Shown: one piece after another, positions 24,313 to 39,500 of the stretch
How positions within the stretch are numbered: position 1 is the first letter of the stretch
How the letters are laid out: each line of letters begins with the position of its first letter
Assembly (NCBI GenBank): GCA_965655095.1
Contig: OZ296648.1
Location: forward strand, 122,202,001-122,266,000
From: Haplodiscus bocki
Taxonomy: Eukaryota
Direction: 5' to 3'
DNA length: 64,000 bases
Program-made: the position numbers and the translations under genes
The notes under the pieces: model-generated
What the model saw: only the letters and a program-made list of their open reading frames with translations
The model's database searches: none
What the model was told of the DNA's origin: nothing

Positions 24313-27300
24313 AAACATCCTGAAACATTATATTAGTGACGAATCCAAGTTTTCGTATTTTTGAAAAATCGTAAACTGTGTAAAAATGATACGTCAAAAA
24401 ACTATACCAGAACGACTGATTCCTAAACCGTAATATACTAAAATGTCCTGAGTTAATAGAAATTGATAAATCCTAGTTGGGAATTGGTAATACAATGTGG
24501 AAAAAACACAAGGGATAAAACTAAAGCCATATCTTAGTGCCAAATCCTAATCTCTTTATCAGCGATAAATACAACGTTATATAACGGTGAAACAATCTGA
24601 ATTATACAAGTGTGATGAATCTTAAACTCTATCATGGCGACAATTCCTAAACCTTGAAAAAGTGATAAACCCAAAACTAAATACACTGACAAAACCATAG
24701 AACAAATACTAGTGACATAACCTATGCTTCAAAAAATGATGAAAGCTAAAAATCAATTTACTGACAAATATAAAAACTGTACATTAGTGATGGATACTAA
24801 ACTATATAAATGTGATAAACCCTTAACTAGATAAAAGTTATACATCTTGAATTCTAAAAAAGTGTTAAACCTCATAAAAAATACCAAGGATAATGGTTCA
24901 CCAAACAATAAAAAAATCCTCAACTAAAGAACAGTGACAAAAGCTAATCATTCCAACAGTTAGATATCCTATATTGGATAACAGTGAAATTTTCTCAAAT
25001 GTTCAAAAGTGGCAAATCTTATAAAATGTAGTTTTGACATTGAAAAAACATTATGACAGTGATGAAATCTTGACCTATAATTTCCTGATGAAAAGAAAAC
25101 TATCAACAGATGGTAAACCGTAAACTGCATAAAACTTTCCGATCTTGAAGCCAATCGAAACTGATAATAACTAATCTATATAAAACTGATGAAGCTTCAA
25201 ATTTTTGATAAGGATAAACCCTCATTTTTATGGCAGTGACACATCCTGAATGATACAATAGTCAACAACCCTAAACTACAAACTACTAATAAAGAATAAC
25301 TTATATAGTAGAGGTAAATGACAAACATTATAATAGCGATGAATCGTAACTTAGAGAACAGTGAAACACGATATACTATACAATAGTAACAAATCCCAAA
25401 CTATGGTTTACTGATGAAGATTAAACCAGTTATTAGTTATCATACTTTTTTACAGTAGTGCTGGATCCTTAACTAGACAAAAGCGTTGCATCCTGAACCA
25501 TAAAAGAAGGATAACTCCAGAACTTCTTGTAAGTGATATATACCCAGGTGTTCGAAAAAGAAAAGTCCAAAACTAAAAGATCTGATAAGTCCTAAACTTT
25601 ATAGTACTGATACATCCCGAACTACGCAGTATTCATATATCCTACTTTATAGACTATGAAAACTTCTAGACTATCCATCAGTGATACATACCAGACTATA
25701 TTAAAGTGAACGGCCCTTACTTTTTTACTGATAAATACTGAAGTATTTGGTAGTTTCAATCCGTAAGTTGCATGTTAGTTATGAGTCCTAACCTAAAAAT
25801 TGGCGATGCTTGCTGAAATTTACAATAGAGATAAATTCTAAATTATATCATAGTGACAAATCTTAAAACATATTACGGTGATAATTACTAAACAACCTAG
25901 CAGTCATAAATCTTAAACTAAAAATGAGTGATAATTCCTAGACTAAAGCACAATTAATAATAGCAAAAAAATCTAAATAACATCATCAAGTATACAATTG
26001 TGATAAATCCTAACATTTTTTTACTTTAACACTGATAAAACCTTAGAACAGATATTAGTGACATAACCTACGCTTTGAAAAAAAAAGATGAAGGCTAAAC
26101 TTCAATTTACTGACAAATACAAAAACTGTACATTAGTGATGGATCCCAGAGAATTTAGGATTGATACCTCTGTGAAAGTGTTAAATCATAAGCTGTACAG
26201 TAGTGATATATCCTGAACTGTGTTTCACTGATACACTCTAAACCAGACAAAAATGCTAAATCATAAGCTATAAACGAGCAGAAATATTCTAAAACATACA
26301 ATCGTGATGAAACCGCAAACGTCATTTCATTGATAAATACAAAACTGTATAGTACTGATAAACGCTACGTTGGATAACAGTGATGCCTCCTGAAATGTAC
26401 TATACTGACAAATCCTAAAGCATATGGCAGTGATAGTTCCTGAACTACATAAGAGTGATAAACCCTAAACTGAAAAATTTAGTAAGTCCTAGAATTAAAT
26501 ATTAGTGACAAATCCTAAACTTTGAAAAACTGATAAAAGCTAAACTTTAATTTTGTAAAACTTATAAAAACAGAATAGTAGTGATGATTCCCAAAATATA
26601 CAATAGTGAATAACCCTAAACTAAATGAAAGTTATACAACTTGAACTTTACATTAGTGACAAATCCTAAAACGAAGAAATTTGAAAATGGTTAAAAAACA
26701 TGATAGTAAAAAATCCTGAAATACGTGAGAGTGACAAATCCTAATTCAGTTAATAGTGATACGTCCTGAACCTAACAATAGTGATTAGTCCCGAAATTTG
26801 GAATTTTGAAAAATCGTAAACTATGTAAGAGTGATCTATCATAAACTATACAAGAAGGATTAATTCCCAAACCGTAATTTACGAAAATGTCCTAAGTTAT
26901 TAGATAGTAATAAACCCCAATTTTGGAATTGGTAATACATCGAAAAAAAATAGAAGGGTTGAAATCTGAACTAAATTTTAGTGCCAATCCTAACCTTTGT
27001 ATCAGCGACAAATCCAACGTTATATAACAGTGAGACAATCTGAATCATACACTTGTGATAAACCTGAGACCCTATGATGGTGATCATTCCCAAACTATGA
27101 AAAAATGATAAACCCTAAACTAAAAACCTTGACAAACCCTTAAAACAGATTTTAGTGACATAAGCTATGCTTTGAAAAATTGATAGAATCTAAACTTCAA
27201 TTTACTGACAAATATAGAAACTGTACATTAGTGATGGATCCTAAACTATATAATTGTGATAAACTCCTAACTAGATGAAAGTGTTACATCTTAAACGCTA

Positions 27301-27500
27301 CAAAAGTGTTAAACCCGATAAAACATATCAATGATTTTGGTTTAACGTATGATATAAAAAATTCCTAAACTTTAAAGTAGTGACAATTCCTAAAATTATT
27401 AACAGTTGGACATCCTACTTTGGATAAAAATGAAACATTCTCAAACATACAAAAGTGACAAATCCTAAAACATATAACTCTGATATTGAAAAAACTTTAT

Positions 27501-30500
27501 GACAGTGACGAAATCTTGACCTATATTATCCTGATGAAAAAAAATCTATCAAGTGCTGATAAACCTTATACTGCATAAAACTTTCCGATCCTAAAGTAAA
27601 TCGAAACTGATAATGACTAATTTATATAAAACTGAGAAAACTGCAGTTCTATGATAAGGATAAACCTTCATTTTTAGGATAGTGACACATCCCGAATGAT
27701 ACAAAAGTCAAAAATCCTGAATTACAAACGACTAAAGAAGGTAAACCATATAGTAGGTAGAAATGCTAAACATTATATTAGTGATAAACCGTAACTCAGA
27801 TAATACTGAAACACGATATACTATACCATAATAACAAATCCCAAACTATGGCCTACTGATGAAGAATAAACCATTTTTTAGTGATAATACCTATTTTTAC
27901 AGTAGTGATTAATCCTCCACTAGACAAAAGTGTTACATCCTGAACCATGAGAAAGTCTTAATCCAAAACTATTTAAAGGTGATGAATACTACGCTCTTCG
28001 AAAAAGATACATCTTAAACTAAAAAATGTGATAAGTCCTGAGCTATATAGTACTGATACATCCTGAACTATGCAGTATTCGGATATCCTACACTACAGAC
28101 TATTGAAAACTTCTAAACTATCCATTAGTGATACATACCAGATTTTATTAAAGTGAAAAATCCATACAAATTTTTACTGATAAATACTGAAGCAGTTGGT
28201 AGTTCTAATCCGTAAGCTGTATGTTAGTTATGAATCCCAACCTAAAATTTGGTGATTCCTGCTGAAAAACACATAAGAGGTAAATTCTAAATTATATCAT
28301 AGTGACAACTCTTAAAGCATATTACGGTGATATTTACTAAACAACCTAATAGTCATAAGACATAAACTAAAAATGAGTGATAATTCCTAGACTAAAGCAC
28401 TATAACAACAGCAAAAAGGATCTAAATAACATCCTCAAGTATACAATAGTGACATATCCTAACATATCTTTCACTGTTGAGTACTAAACAAAATACTAGT
28501 GACAGATCCTAAACTAGCTACTAGTGATAATTACAAAAGTAATTTTTTGTGAGAAGTCCTAAGTTATTTAACAGTGAGAACTGTTAACTACAAAATATTA
28601 TTATCCTAAACTACATATTAGTGATAAATGCCCAACTATATGAAAGTCATATGTTCTAAACTTTGCAGTAATGATAGACCCTAAACTGTTTGTTAGTGAT
28701 AAACCCTAAACGCAATAATAGTGACAAACCATAAACTTTGTTCATGTGATAAAACATTAACCTAATAAGAGTTATATATCCCAAACTACATAAAAGTGAC
28801 TAAACCCAAAATATGTACTAACGATGAACAACCGAAGAATGACTTTCGATAAATCCTAATGTATATAAAAGTGGTAAGCCTTAGGGAAAGGTAATACATG
28901 TAACTCTTGAACTATACAAACGTGATAAACCTCAAACTTCATTTCTTTGATAAGTAAGACTGTATAAATTTGTGATAAAACCTAAAAAACCTAATAAATG
29001 TAAACCCTCCATTCGAGAAGAGTGAAGAGAATATCATAAACTATATAAAAGTGTGACACACTGAACTATACAGAAGTGATGAATCCCTAATTATATAGTA
29101 GTGTTGAACCCTAATATACATAGTAGTGATGAAAAACACTTCCTTATTAGTGTTAATTCTCAGCTATATAATAGCGATAACTCTTATACTTAGAAAAGAT
29201 TGATACAACCTAAACTATGCAATACTGATTATCCTAAACCATTTTTTACTGACAAAATACCAAACAAAATATTAGTGATAAAACAAAAACTATATATTGA
29301 TGTTTCATTCTGAACTATACACACGTGATAAAGCCCCAAACCTGATTTTACTGATCAAGACAAAACCTGGTAGTGTTGAGAAATCCTACAATGGATAACA
29401 GTGACACCTGCTGAAATAAAAACTGTGACAAATCCTAGACCATATCGTGGTGATAATTCCGGAAGTCCATGACAGTGATAAACCCTAAACTGAAAGGATT
29501 AGTATGTCCTGGAAATAAATATTCGTAATATATCCTAAACTTTGAAAAACTGATAAAAGCTGAATTTTATTTCGGTACACTTTATAAAAACTGAATAGTA
29601 GTGATGAATCCCAAACTACATAATAGTGAATAAACCTTAACTGAGAGAAAATTATACTTTTTGAACTGTACAAAAGTGACAAAGCCAAAAACTAAGAATT
29701 TTGAAAATGGTTAAGCAATATGATAGTATTAAACCCTGAACAACATGAGAGTGACAAATCATAATTCAGTTAATAGTGATATGTCCTGAACTTTACATTA
29801 GTTATGAGTTCCGAATTTTGGAATTTTGAAAACTTTTAAACTATGTAAAAATGATACGTCAAAAAACTATACCAGAACGACTGATTCCTAAACCGTAAAA
29901 TACTAAAATGTCCTGAATTAAAGAAAGTAATAAATCCTAGTTGGGAATTGGTAATACATTGTGGAAAAAACTCAAGGGATAAAACTAAAGCCATATCTTA
30001 GTGCCAAATCCTAATCTCTTTATCAGCGATAAATACAACGTTATAAAACGGTGAAACAATCTGAATTATACAAGTGTGATGAATCTTAAACTCTATCATG
30101 GCGGCAATTCGTAAACTTTGAAAAAGTGATAAACACAAAACTAAAAACACTGACAAAACCATAGAACAAATACTAGTGACATAACCTATGCTTCAAAAAA
30201 TGATGAAAGCTAAACATCAATTTACTGACAAATATAAAAACTGTACATTAGTGATGGATACTAAAATATATAAATGTGATAAACCCTTAACTAGATGAAA
30301 GTTATACATCCTGAATTCTACAAAAATGTTAAACACCATAAAAAATACCAATGATAATAGTTCACCATACAATAAATATAATTCCTAAACTAAAGAACAG
30401 TGACAAAAGCTAATCATTCTAACAGTTGGATATCCTATATTGGATAACAGTGAAGTTTTCTCAAATGTTCAAAAGTGGCAAATCCTATAAAATGTAGTTT

Positions 30501-33500
30501 TGACATGGAAAAAACTTAATGACAGTGATGAAATCTTGACCTATATTATCCTGATGAAAAAACATCTATCAAGTGCTGATAAACCTTATACTGCATAAAA
30601 CTTTCCGATCCTAAAGTAAATCGAAACTGATAATGACTAATTTATATAAAACTGAGAAAACTGCAATTCTATGATAAGGATAAACCTTCATTTTTAGGAT
30701 AGTGACACATCCCGAATGATACAAAAGTCAAAAATCCTGAATTACAAACGACTAAAGAAGGTAAACCATATAGTAGGTAGAAATGCTAAACATTATATTA
30801 GTGATAAACCGTAACTCAGATAATACTGAAACACGATATACTATACCATAATAACAAATCCCAAACTATGGCCTACTGATGAAGAATAAACCATTTTTTA
30901 GTGATAATACCTATTTTTACAGTAGTGATTAATCCTCCACTAGACAAAAGTGTTACATCCTGAACCATGAGAAAGTCTTAATCCAAAACTATTTAAAGGT
31001 GATGAATACTACGCTCTTCGAAAAAGATACATCTTAAACTAAAAAATGTGATAAGTCCTGAGCTATATAGTACTGATACATCCTGAACTATGCAGTATTC
31101 GGATATCCTACACTACAGACTATTGAAAACTTCTAAACTATCCATTAGTGATACATACCAGATTTTATTAAAGTGAAAAATCCATACAAATTTTTACTGA
31201 TAAATACTGAAGCAGTTGGTAGTTCTAATCCGTAAGCTGTATGTTAGTTATGAATCCCAACCTAAAATTTGGTGATTCCTGCTGAAAAACACATAAGAGG
31301 TAAATTCTAAATTATATCATAGTGACAACTCTTAAAGCATATTACGGTGATATTTACTAAACAACCTAATAGTCATAAGACATAAACTAAAAATGAGTGA
31401 TAATTCCTAGACTAAAGCACTATAACAACAGCAAAAAGGATCTAAATAACATCCTCAAGTATACAATAGTGACATATCCTAACATATCTTTCACTGTTGA
31501 GTACTAAACAAAATACTAGTGACAGATCCTAAACTAGCTACTAGTGATAATTACAAAAGTAATTTTTTGTGAGAAGTCCTAAGTTATTTAACAGTGAGAA
31601 CTGTTAACTACAAAATATTATTATCCTAAACTACATATTAGTGATAAATGCCCAACTATATGAAAGTCATATGTTCTAAACTTTGCAGTAATGATAGACC
31701 CTAAACTGTTTGTTAGTGATAAACCCTAAACGCAATAATAGTGACAAACCATAAACTTTGTTCATGTGATAAAACATTAACCTAATAAGAGTTATATATC
31801 CCAAACTACATAAAAGTGACTAAACCCAAAATATGTACTAACGATGAACAACCGAAGAATGACTTTCGATAAATCCTAATGTATATAAAAGTGGTAAGCC
31901 TTAGGGAAAGGTAATACATGTAACTCTTGAACTATACAAACGTGATAAACCTCAAACTTCATTTCTTTGATAAGTAAGACTGTATAAATTTGTGATAAAA
32001 CCTAAAAAACCTAATAAATGTAAACCCTCCATTCGAGAAGAGTGAAGAGAATATCATAAACTATATAAAAGTGTGACACACTGAACTATACAGAAGTGAT
32101 GAATCCCTAATTATATAGTAGTGTTGAACCCTAATATACATAGTAGTGATGAAAAACACTTCCTTATTAGTGTTAATTCTCAGCTATATAATAGCGATAA
32201 CTCTTATACTTAGAAAAGATTGATACAACCTAAACTATGCAATACTGATTATCCTAAACCATTTTTTACTGACAAAATACCAAACAAAATATTAGTGATA
32301 AAACAAAAACTATATATTGATGTTTCATTCTGAACTATACACACGTGATAAAGCCCCAAACCTGATTTTACTGATCAAGACAAAACCTGGTAGTGTTGAG
32401 AAATCCTACAATGGATAACAGTGACACCTGCTGAAATAAAAACTGTGACAAATCCTAGACCATATCGTGGTGATAATTCCGGAAGTCCATGACAGTGATA
32501 AACCCTAAACTGAAAGGATTAGTATGTCCTGGAGATAAATATTCGTAATATATCCTAAACTTTGAAAAACTGATAAAAGCTGAATTTTATTTCGGTACAC
32601 TTTATAAAAACTGAATAGTAGTGATGAATCCCAAACTACATAATAGTGAATAAACCTTAACTGAGAGAAAATTATACTTTTTGAACTGTACAAAAGTGAC
32701 AAAGCCAAAACCTAAGAATTTTGAAAATGGTTAAACAATATGATAGTATTAAACCCTGAACAACATGAGAGTGACAAATCATAATTCAGTTAATAGTGAT
32801 ATGTCCTGAACTTTACATTAGTTATGAGTTCCGAATTTTGGAATTTTGAAAAATTGTAAAATATGTAAAAATGATACGTCAAAAACTATACCAGAATGAC
32901 CTATTCCTAAACCGTAATGTACTAAAATGTCCTGAGTTAATAGAAAGTGATAAATCCTAGTTGGGAATTGGTAATACATTGTGGAAAAAACACAAGGGAT
33001 AAAACTAAAGCCATATTTTAGTGCCAAATCCTAATCTCTTTATCAGCGATAAATACAACGTTATTTAACAATGAAACAATCTGAATTATACAAGTGTGAT
33101 AAATCTTAAACTCTATCATGGCGACAATTCGTAAACTTTGAAAAAGTTATAAACCCAAAACTAAAAACACTGACAAAACCATAAAACAGATACCAGTGAC
33201 ATAACCTATGATTCCAAACACGATGAAGGCTGAACATCAATTTACTGACAAATATAAAAACTGTACATTATTGATGGATCCTAAACTTTATAACTCTGAT
33301 AAACCCTTAACTAGACAAAAGTTATACTTCTTGAATTCTACAAAAGTGTTAAACCCCATAAAAAATACCAAAGATAATGGTTAACCATACAATAAATATA
33401 AATCCTAAACTAAAGAACAGTGACAAAAGCTAATCATTCTAACAGTTAGATATCCTATATTGGATAACAGTGAAATTTTATCAAATGTTAAAAAGTGGCA

Positions 33501-33540
33501 AATCCTATAAAATGTAGTTTTGACATTGAAAAAACAATAT
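27501..33540 (+). repeat. Higher-order repeat, 3020-bp tandem duplication
   Basis: 27501-~29700 is almost letter-for-letter 30521-~32720. ORFs at 29485 and 32505 differ by one residue. Landmark at 27221, 30241, 33261. Confidence 0.95.
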
Positions 33541-36500
33541 GACAGTGATGAAATCTTGACCTATAATTTCCTGATGAAGAGAAAACTGTCAACAGATGAT
33601 AAACCGTAAACTGCATAAAACTTTCCGATCTTAAAGCAAATCGAAACTGATAATAACTAATCTATATAAAACCGATGAAGCTTCAATTTTTTGATAAGGA
33701 TAAACCTTCCTTTTTATGACAGTGACACATCCTTAATGATACAATAGTCAAAAATCCTAAACTACAAACTACTAATAAAGAATGAACTATATAGTAGGGA
33801 TAAATTATAAACATTATAATAGTGATAAATCGTAACTTAGATAATAGTGACCCACGATATACTATACAACAGTAACAAATCCTAAACTATGGTTTACTGG
33901 TGAAGAAGAAACCATTTAATAGTAATCATACCTTTTTTTACAGTAACACTGAATACTTAACTAGATAAAAGTGTTGCATCCTGAACCATAAAAAGAAGAT
34001 AAATCCAAAACTATTTGAAAGTGATAAATACTGAGCTATTCGAAAAAGAAAAGTCCAAAACTAAAAAAGATTTGATAAGTCCTAAACTTTATAGTACTGA
34101 TACATCCTGAATTACGCAGTATTCATATATCCTACTTTAGACTATGAAAACTTCTACACTATCCATCAGTGATACATACCAGACTATATTAAAGTGAACG
34201 GCCCTTACTTTTATACTGATAAATACTGAAGTCTTTGGTAGTTTCAATCCGTAAGTTGCATGTTAGTTATGAGTCCTAACCTAAAAATTGGTGATGCTTG
34301 CTGAAATTTACAATAGAGATAAATTCTAAATTATATCATAATGACAAATCATAAACCATATTACGGTGATAATTACTAAACAACCTAGTAGTCATAAATC
34401 CTAAACTAAAAATGAGTGATAATTGCTAGACTAAAGCACAATTGATATTAGCAAAAAAATCTAAATAACATCATCAAGTATACAATTGTGATATATCCTA
34501 ACATTTATTTACTTTAATACTGACAAATCCTTAGAACAGAAATTAGTGACATAACCTATGCTCTGAAAAAAAAGATGAAGGCTACACTTCAATTTACTGA
34601 CAAATACAAAAACTGTAATTTAGTGATGGATCCTAGAGTGTATTAATGTGATAAACCCTTAGCTAGATAAAAGTTATACATCTTGAATTCTACAAAAGTG
34701 TTGAACCCCATTAAAAATATCAATGATAATGGTTAACCATATGATCAAAATATATCCCGAGCTATAAATTAGTGACAAACTAAACTTTTTAAAAACTAGA
34801 TATCCTACATCGGATAACAGTGAAACAATCTGGAATAAACAAAAGTGGCAAATCCTAAAACATATCAATTGTTAATGAAGAAACTTTATGACAGTGACTA
34901 AATTATGACCTATATTATCTTGTTGAATATAAATCTATCATGTGATGATAAAACCATAAACTGCATATAAGTTTTCAATCCTAAAGCAAATCGAAACTGA
35001 TAATGACTATTTTATTTAAAAGTGAGATTTCTTCAATTCTATAATAAGGATCAAACCTCATTTTTGTGATAGTGACACATCCTGACTGATACAACAGTCA
35101 AAAATTCTAAACTACAAACTACTAATGAAGGTTAAACCATATAGTAGGGATAAATGGTAAACTTTATTATAGTGATAAATCGTAACTTAGACAATAGTGG
35201 AACACGATATACTATCTAGTAGTAACAAAGCTTAAACTATGGCTTACTGGCGAAGAGTAAGACATTTATTAGAGATAACACCTTTTTTTACAGTAGTGAT
35301 GAATACTCAGCTAGACTAAAGTTGTTACATCCAGAACCATAAAAGAAGGGTAAATCCAAAACTATTTAAAATTGAGAAATACCACGCTTTTCGAAAACGA
35401 TATACCCTAAAATGAAAGATGTGATGAGTCCTGAAGTTTATAGTACTGATACATCCTGAACTTTGCAGTATACGTTTATCCTACACTCTAGACTATTGAA
35501 AACTATTAAACTATCCCTTAGTGATACATACCAGACTATATCAAAGTGAAAGGCCCTTACTAGTTTTTACTGATAAGTACTCAGGTATTTATTAGTTATA
35601 ATCCATAAACTGTATGTTAGTTATCAATCCCAACCTGAAAATTGGTGATGCTTGCTGAATCATACATTGGGGATATTTTTTAAATTATATCATAGTGACA
35701 ATTCCTAAAGCATATTACGCTGATAATTACAAGGCTACCTAAAATACCCAATATTCAAAAATCCTTCATTAGAAATGAGTGATAATTCCCGGACTAAAGG
35801 ATAAGTGTAAAAGCAAATAAATCTAATTAACATCCTTAAGTATACAATTGTGATATGTCTTAACATATATTTCAGTGATAACTACTAAACAAATTGTTAG
35901 TGATAGATCCTAAACTAGCTACCAGTGATATTTCCGAAAGTAAACTTTTGTGATAAGTCCTAAGTTATTTAACAGCGAGAAATGCTAAACTAGATACTTA
36001 GATTACCCTAACCTATATGCTAGTGATAAATGCTAAACTATATAAAAGTCATATCTTCTAAACTCTGTAGTAATGATAAACCCTAAACTGTTTAAAAGCG
36101 ATAAACACTAAATACAATGATAGTGATAAAAACCTAAACTTATTAAGAGTGATACATCCTAACTATACAAAAGTGACTAAACCCAAAATATGTACAAACG
36201 ATGAACAACAATCTATGTGCTATTGTTAAATTCTTAACTATATAAAAGTGATAAATCTTATGGAAAGATAAAAATGTTACATCCTATTTTTTAAAATCGT
36301 GAGAAAACCCCAAAAAATGTTTTCACTGTAAAAGACAAAATTGAAGAATAGTGATAAACCCTACATTGGATAACAGTGATACCTGCTGAAACACAAAATA
36401 GTGATAAATCCTAAACCCTTTGTGGTGATTTTTCCTAAACTATGAAGAAGTGATAAACGCTAAACTAAAAACATTGACAAAACATTAAAACAGATATTAA

Positions 36501-39500
36501 TTACTTAACCTATGCTTTGAAAAAATGATGAAAGCTAAACTTTACTGACAAATATAAAAACTCTACATTAGTGATGGATCCTAAACTATATAAATGTGAT
36601 AAACCCTTAACTAGACAAAAGTTATACATCTTGAATTCTACAGAAGTGTTAAACCCCATAAAAAATACCAATGATAATGGTTCACCAAACGATAAATATA
36701 TATCCTAAACTAAAGAACAGTGACAAAAGCTAATCATTCTAACAGTTAGATATCCTATACTGGATAACAAGGAAATTTTCTCAATTGTTCAAAAGTGGCA
36801 AATCTTTTAAAATGTAGTTTTGACATTGAAAAAACATTATGACAGTGATGAAATCTTAACCTATAATTTCCTGATGAAAAGAAAACTATCAACAGATGAT
36901 AAACCCTAAACTAAAATGAAGTTTTCAATCCTAAACCAAATCGAAACTGATAATGACTAATTCATATGGAACTGATAGATCTTCAATTCTATATTAAGGA
37001 TAAATCTTAGTTCTAAGGATAGTGACACATCTTGACTGATACAATTGTCAAAAATTCTAAACTACAAACTACTTACGAAGATTAAACCATATAGTAGGGA
37101 TAAATCATAAACATTGAAATAGTGATAAATCGTAACTTAGATAATAGTGAAACACGATATACTATACAATAATAACAAATCCTAAACTAGGGCCTACTGA
37201 TGAAAAAGAAACCATTGATTATTGATCATACCTTTTTTTACAGTAGTGCTGAATCCTTAACTAGACAAAAGTGTTGCAACCTGAACCATAAAAGAAGGAT
37301 AAGTCCAAAACTATTTGAAAGTGTTAAATACTAAGCTATTAGAAAAAAAAATCCAAAACTAAAAGACGTGATAAGTCCTAAACTTTATAGTACTGATACA
37401 TCCTGAACTACGCAGTAATCATATATCCTACACTATAGACTATTGAAAACTTCTAAACTATCCATTAGTGATACATACCAGACTATATTAAAGTGGACGG
37501 CCCTTACTTATTTTTACTGATAAATATTGAAATATTTGGTAGTTCTAATCCGGGAGCTGTATGTCAGTTATGAGTCCTAACCTAAAAATTGGTAATGCTT
37601 GCTGAATTATACATTAGAGATAAATTATAAATTATATCACAGTGACAAAACCTAAACAATATTACGGTTATGATTACTAAACAACCTAATAGTCATAAAT
37701 CTTCAACTAAAAATGAGTGATAATTCCTACACTAAAGCTTAATTATAACAACAAAAAATCTACATACCATCCTCCAGTATACAATAGTGATCTATCCTAA
37801 CATATCTTTCACTGATAAATACTAAACAAAACACTAGTGAAAGATCCTGAACTAGCTACTAGTGAGAATCCCGGAAGTAACTTTTTGTGATAAGTCCTAA
37901 GTTTGTTTAACAGTGAGAAATGCTAAACTTTGTAAAAATAATGTCCCAAACTATATGTAAATGATAAATGCTCAACTATATGAAAGTCATATCTTCCTAA
38001 CTTTGTAGTAATGATAAACATTAAACAATTTAAAATTGATAAACCCTTTACACAACAACAGTGATAAACACTAAACTATGTTTATGCGAGAAAACCCAAA
38101 CCTAAAAAGAGTTATATATCCTAAACTATATAAGAGTGACTAAACCCAAAATATGTACTAACGATGAACAACAATCTATGTACTATTGATAAATCCTAGT
38201 GTATAAAAAAGTTATACATACGAGGGAAAGGTAATGAAGGTACATCTTGAACTATACAAACGTGATAAACCTCAAACTTCATTGCTTTGATAAGTAAGAC
38301 TATATAAAAAAGAGTGATAAAACCTAAACTACCTAATAAATGTAAACCTTCCGTTGGAGAAGAGTGAACAGAATATCACAAACTAAAGAAAAGTGAGACA
38401 CACTGAACTATACAGAAACGATAAATCCCCATTTATATAGTAGTGATTCAACCTATACTACACAGTATAGTGTTAATTCTTTACTATGCAATAAAGATAA
38501 GTCCTAAAATTAGAAAGAAATGATACAACCTAAACTATGCAATACTGATTAACTTAAACTATTTTTTTACCGACAAAATACCAAACAAAATATTAATAAA
38601 AAAACGAAAACTATAAAATAGTGTTTCATCCTGAACTACACATGTGATAAAACCCTAAACTTCATTCTACTGATCAAGACAAATCTAGTAAGTGGTGATA
38701 AATCCTACACTGGATAACAGTGAAACACTCTGCAATATACAATTGTGGTTAATCCTCAAACATATAATAGTGATAAGGACTAGTCTATATAAAAGTGCTA
38801 ACTCCTCAACTATGTAGTATTGAAAAATAGTAAATCATATAACAGTGATACTTCTTGAACTTCACAATAGTGATGGATCCCAGAGAATTTAGGATTGAAA
38901 ACTATGTGAAAGTGTTACATCATAACCTGTACATTAGTGATGAATCCTGAACTGTGTTTCACTGATAGACTCTAAACAAGACAAAACTGCTAAATCATAA
39001 GCTATAAACGAGCCAGATATCCTAAACTATACAATCGCGATGAAACCCCAAACGTCATTTCAATGATAAATACAAAACTATATAGTAATGATAAACCATA
39101 CGTTGGATAACAGTGATGCCTCCTGAAATGTACCATACTGACAAATCCTAAAGCATATGGCAGTGATAGCTCCTGAACTACATAACAGTGATAAACCCTA
39201 AACTGAAAAGGTTAGTAATTCCTGGAAATGAATATTAGTGACCTTTCCTAAACTTTGGAAAACTAATAAAAGTTGACCTTTAATTTAATGAAATTTAGAA
39301 AGACTGAATAGTAGTGATGATTCCCAAATTATATTATAGTGAATAACCCTAAACTAAACGAAAGTTATCCAACGTGAACTTTACAATATTGACAAATCCT
39401 AAAACAAAGAATTTTGAAAATGGTTAAAAAATTTGATAGTATTTAATCCTGAAATACGTGAGAATGACAAATCTTAATTCAGTTAATAGTGATACGTCCT

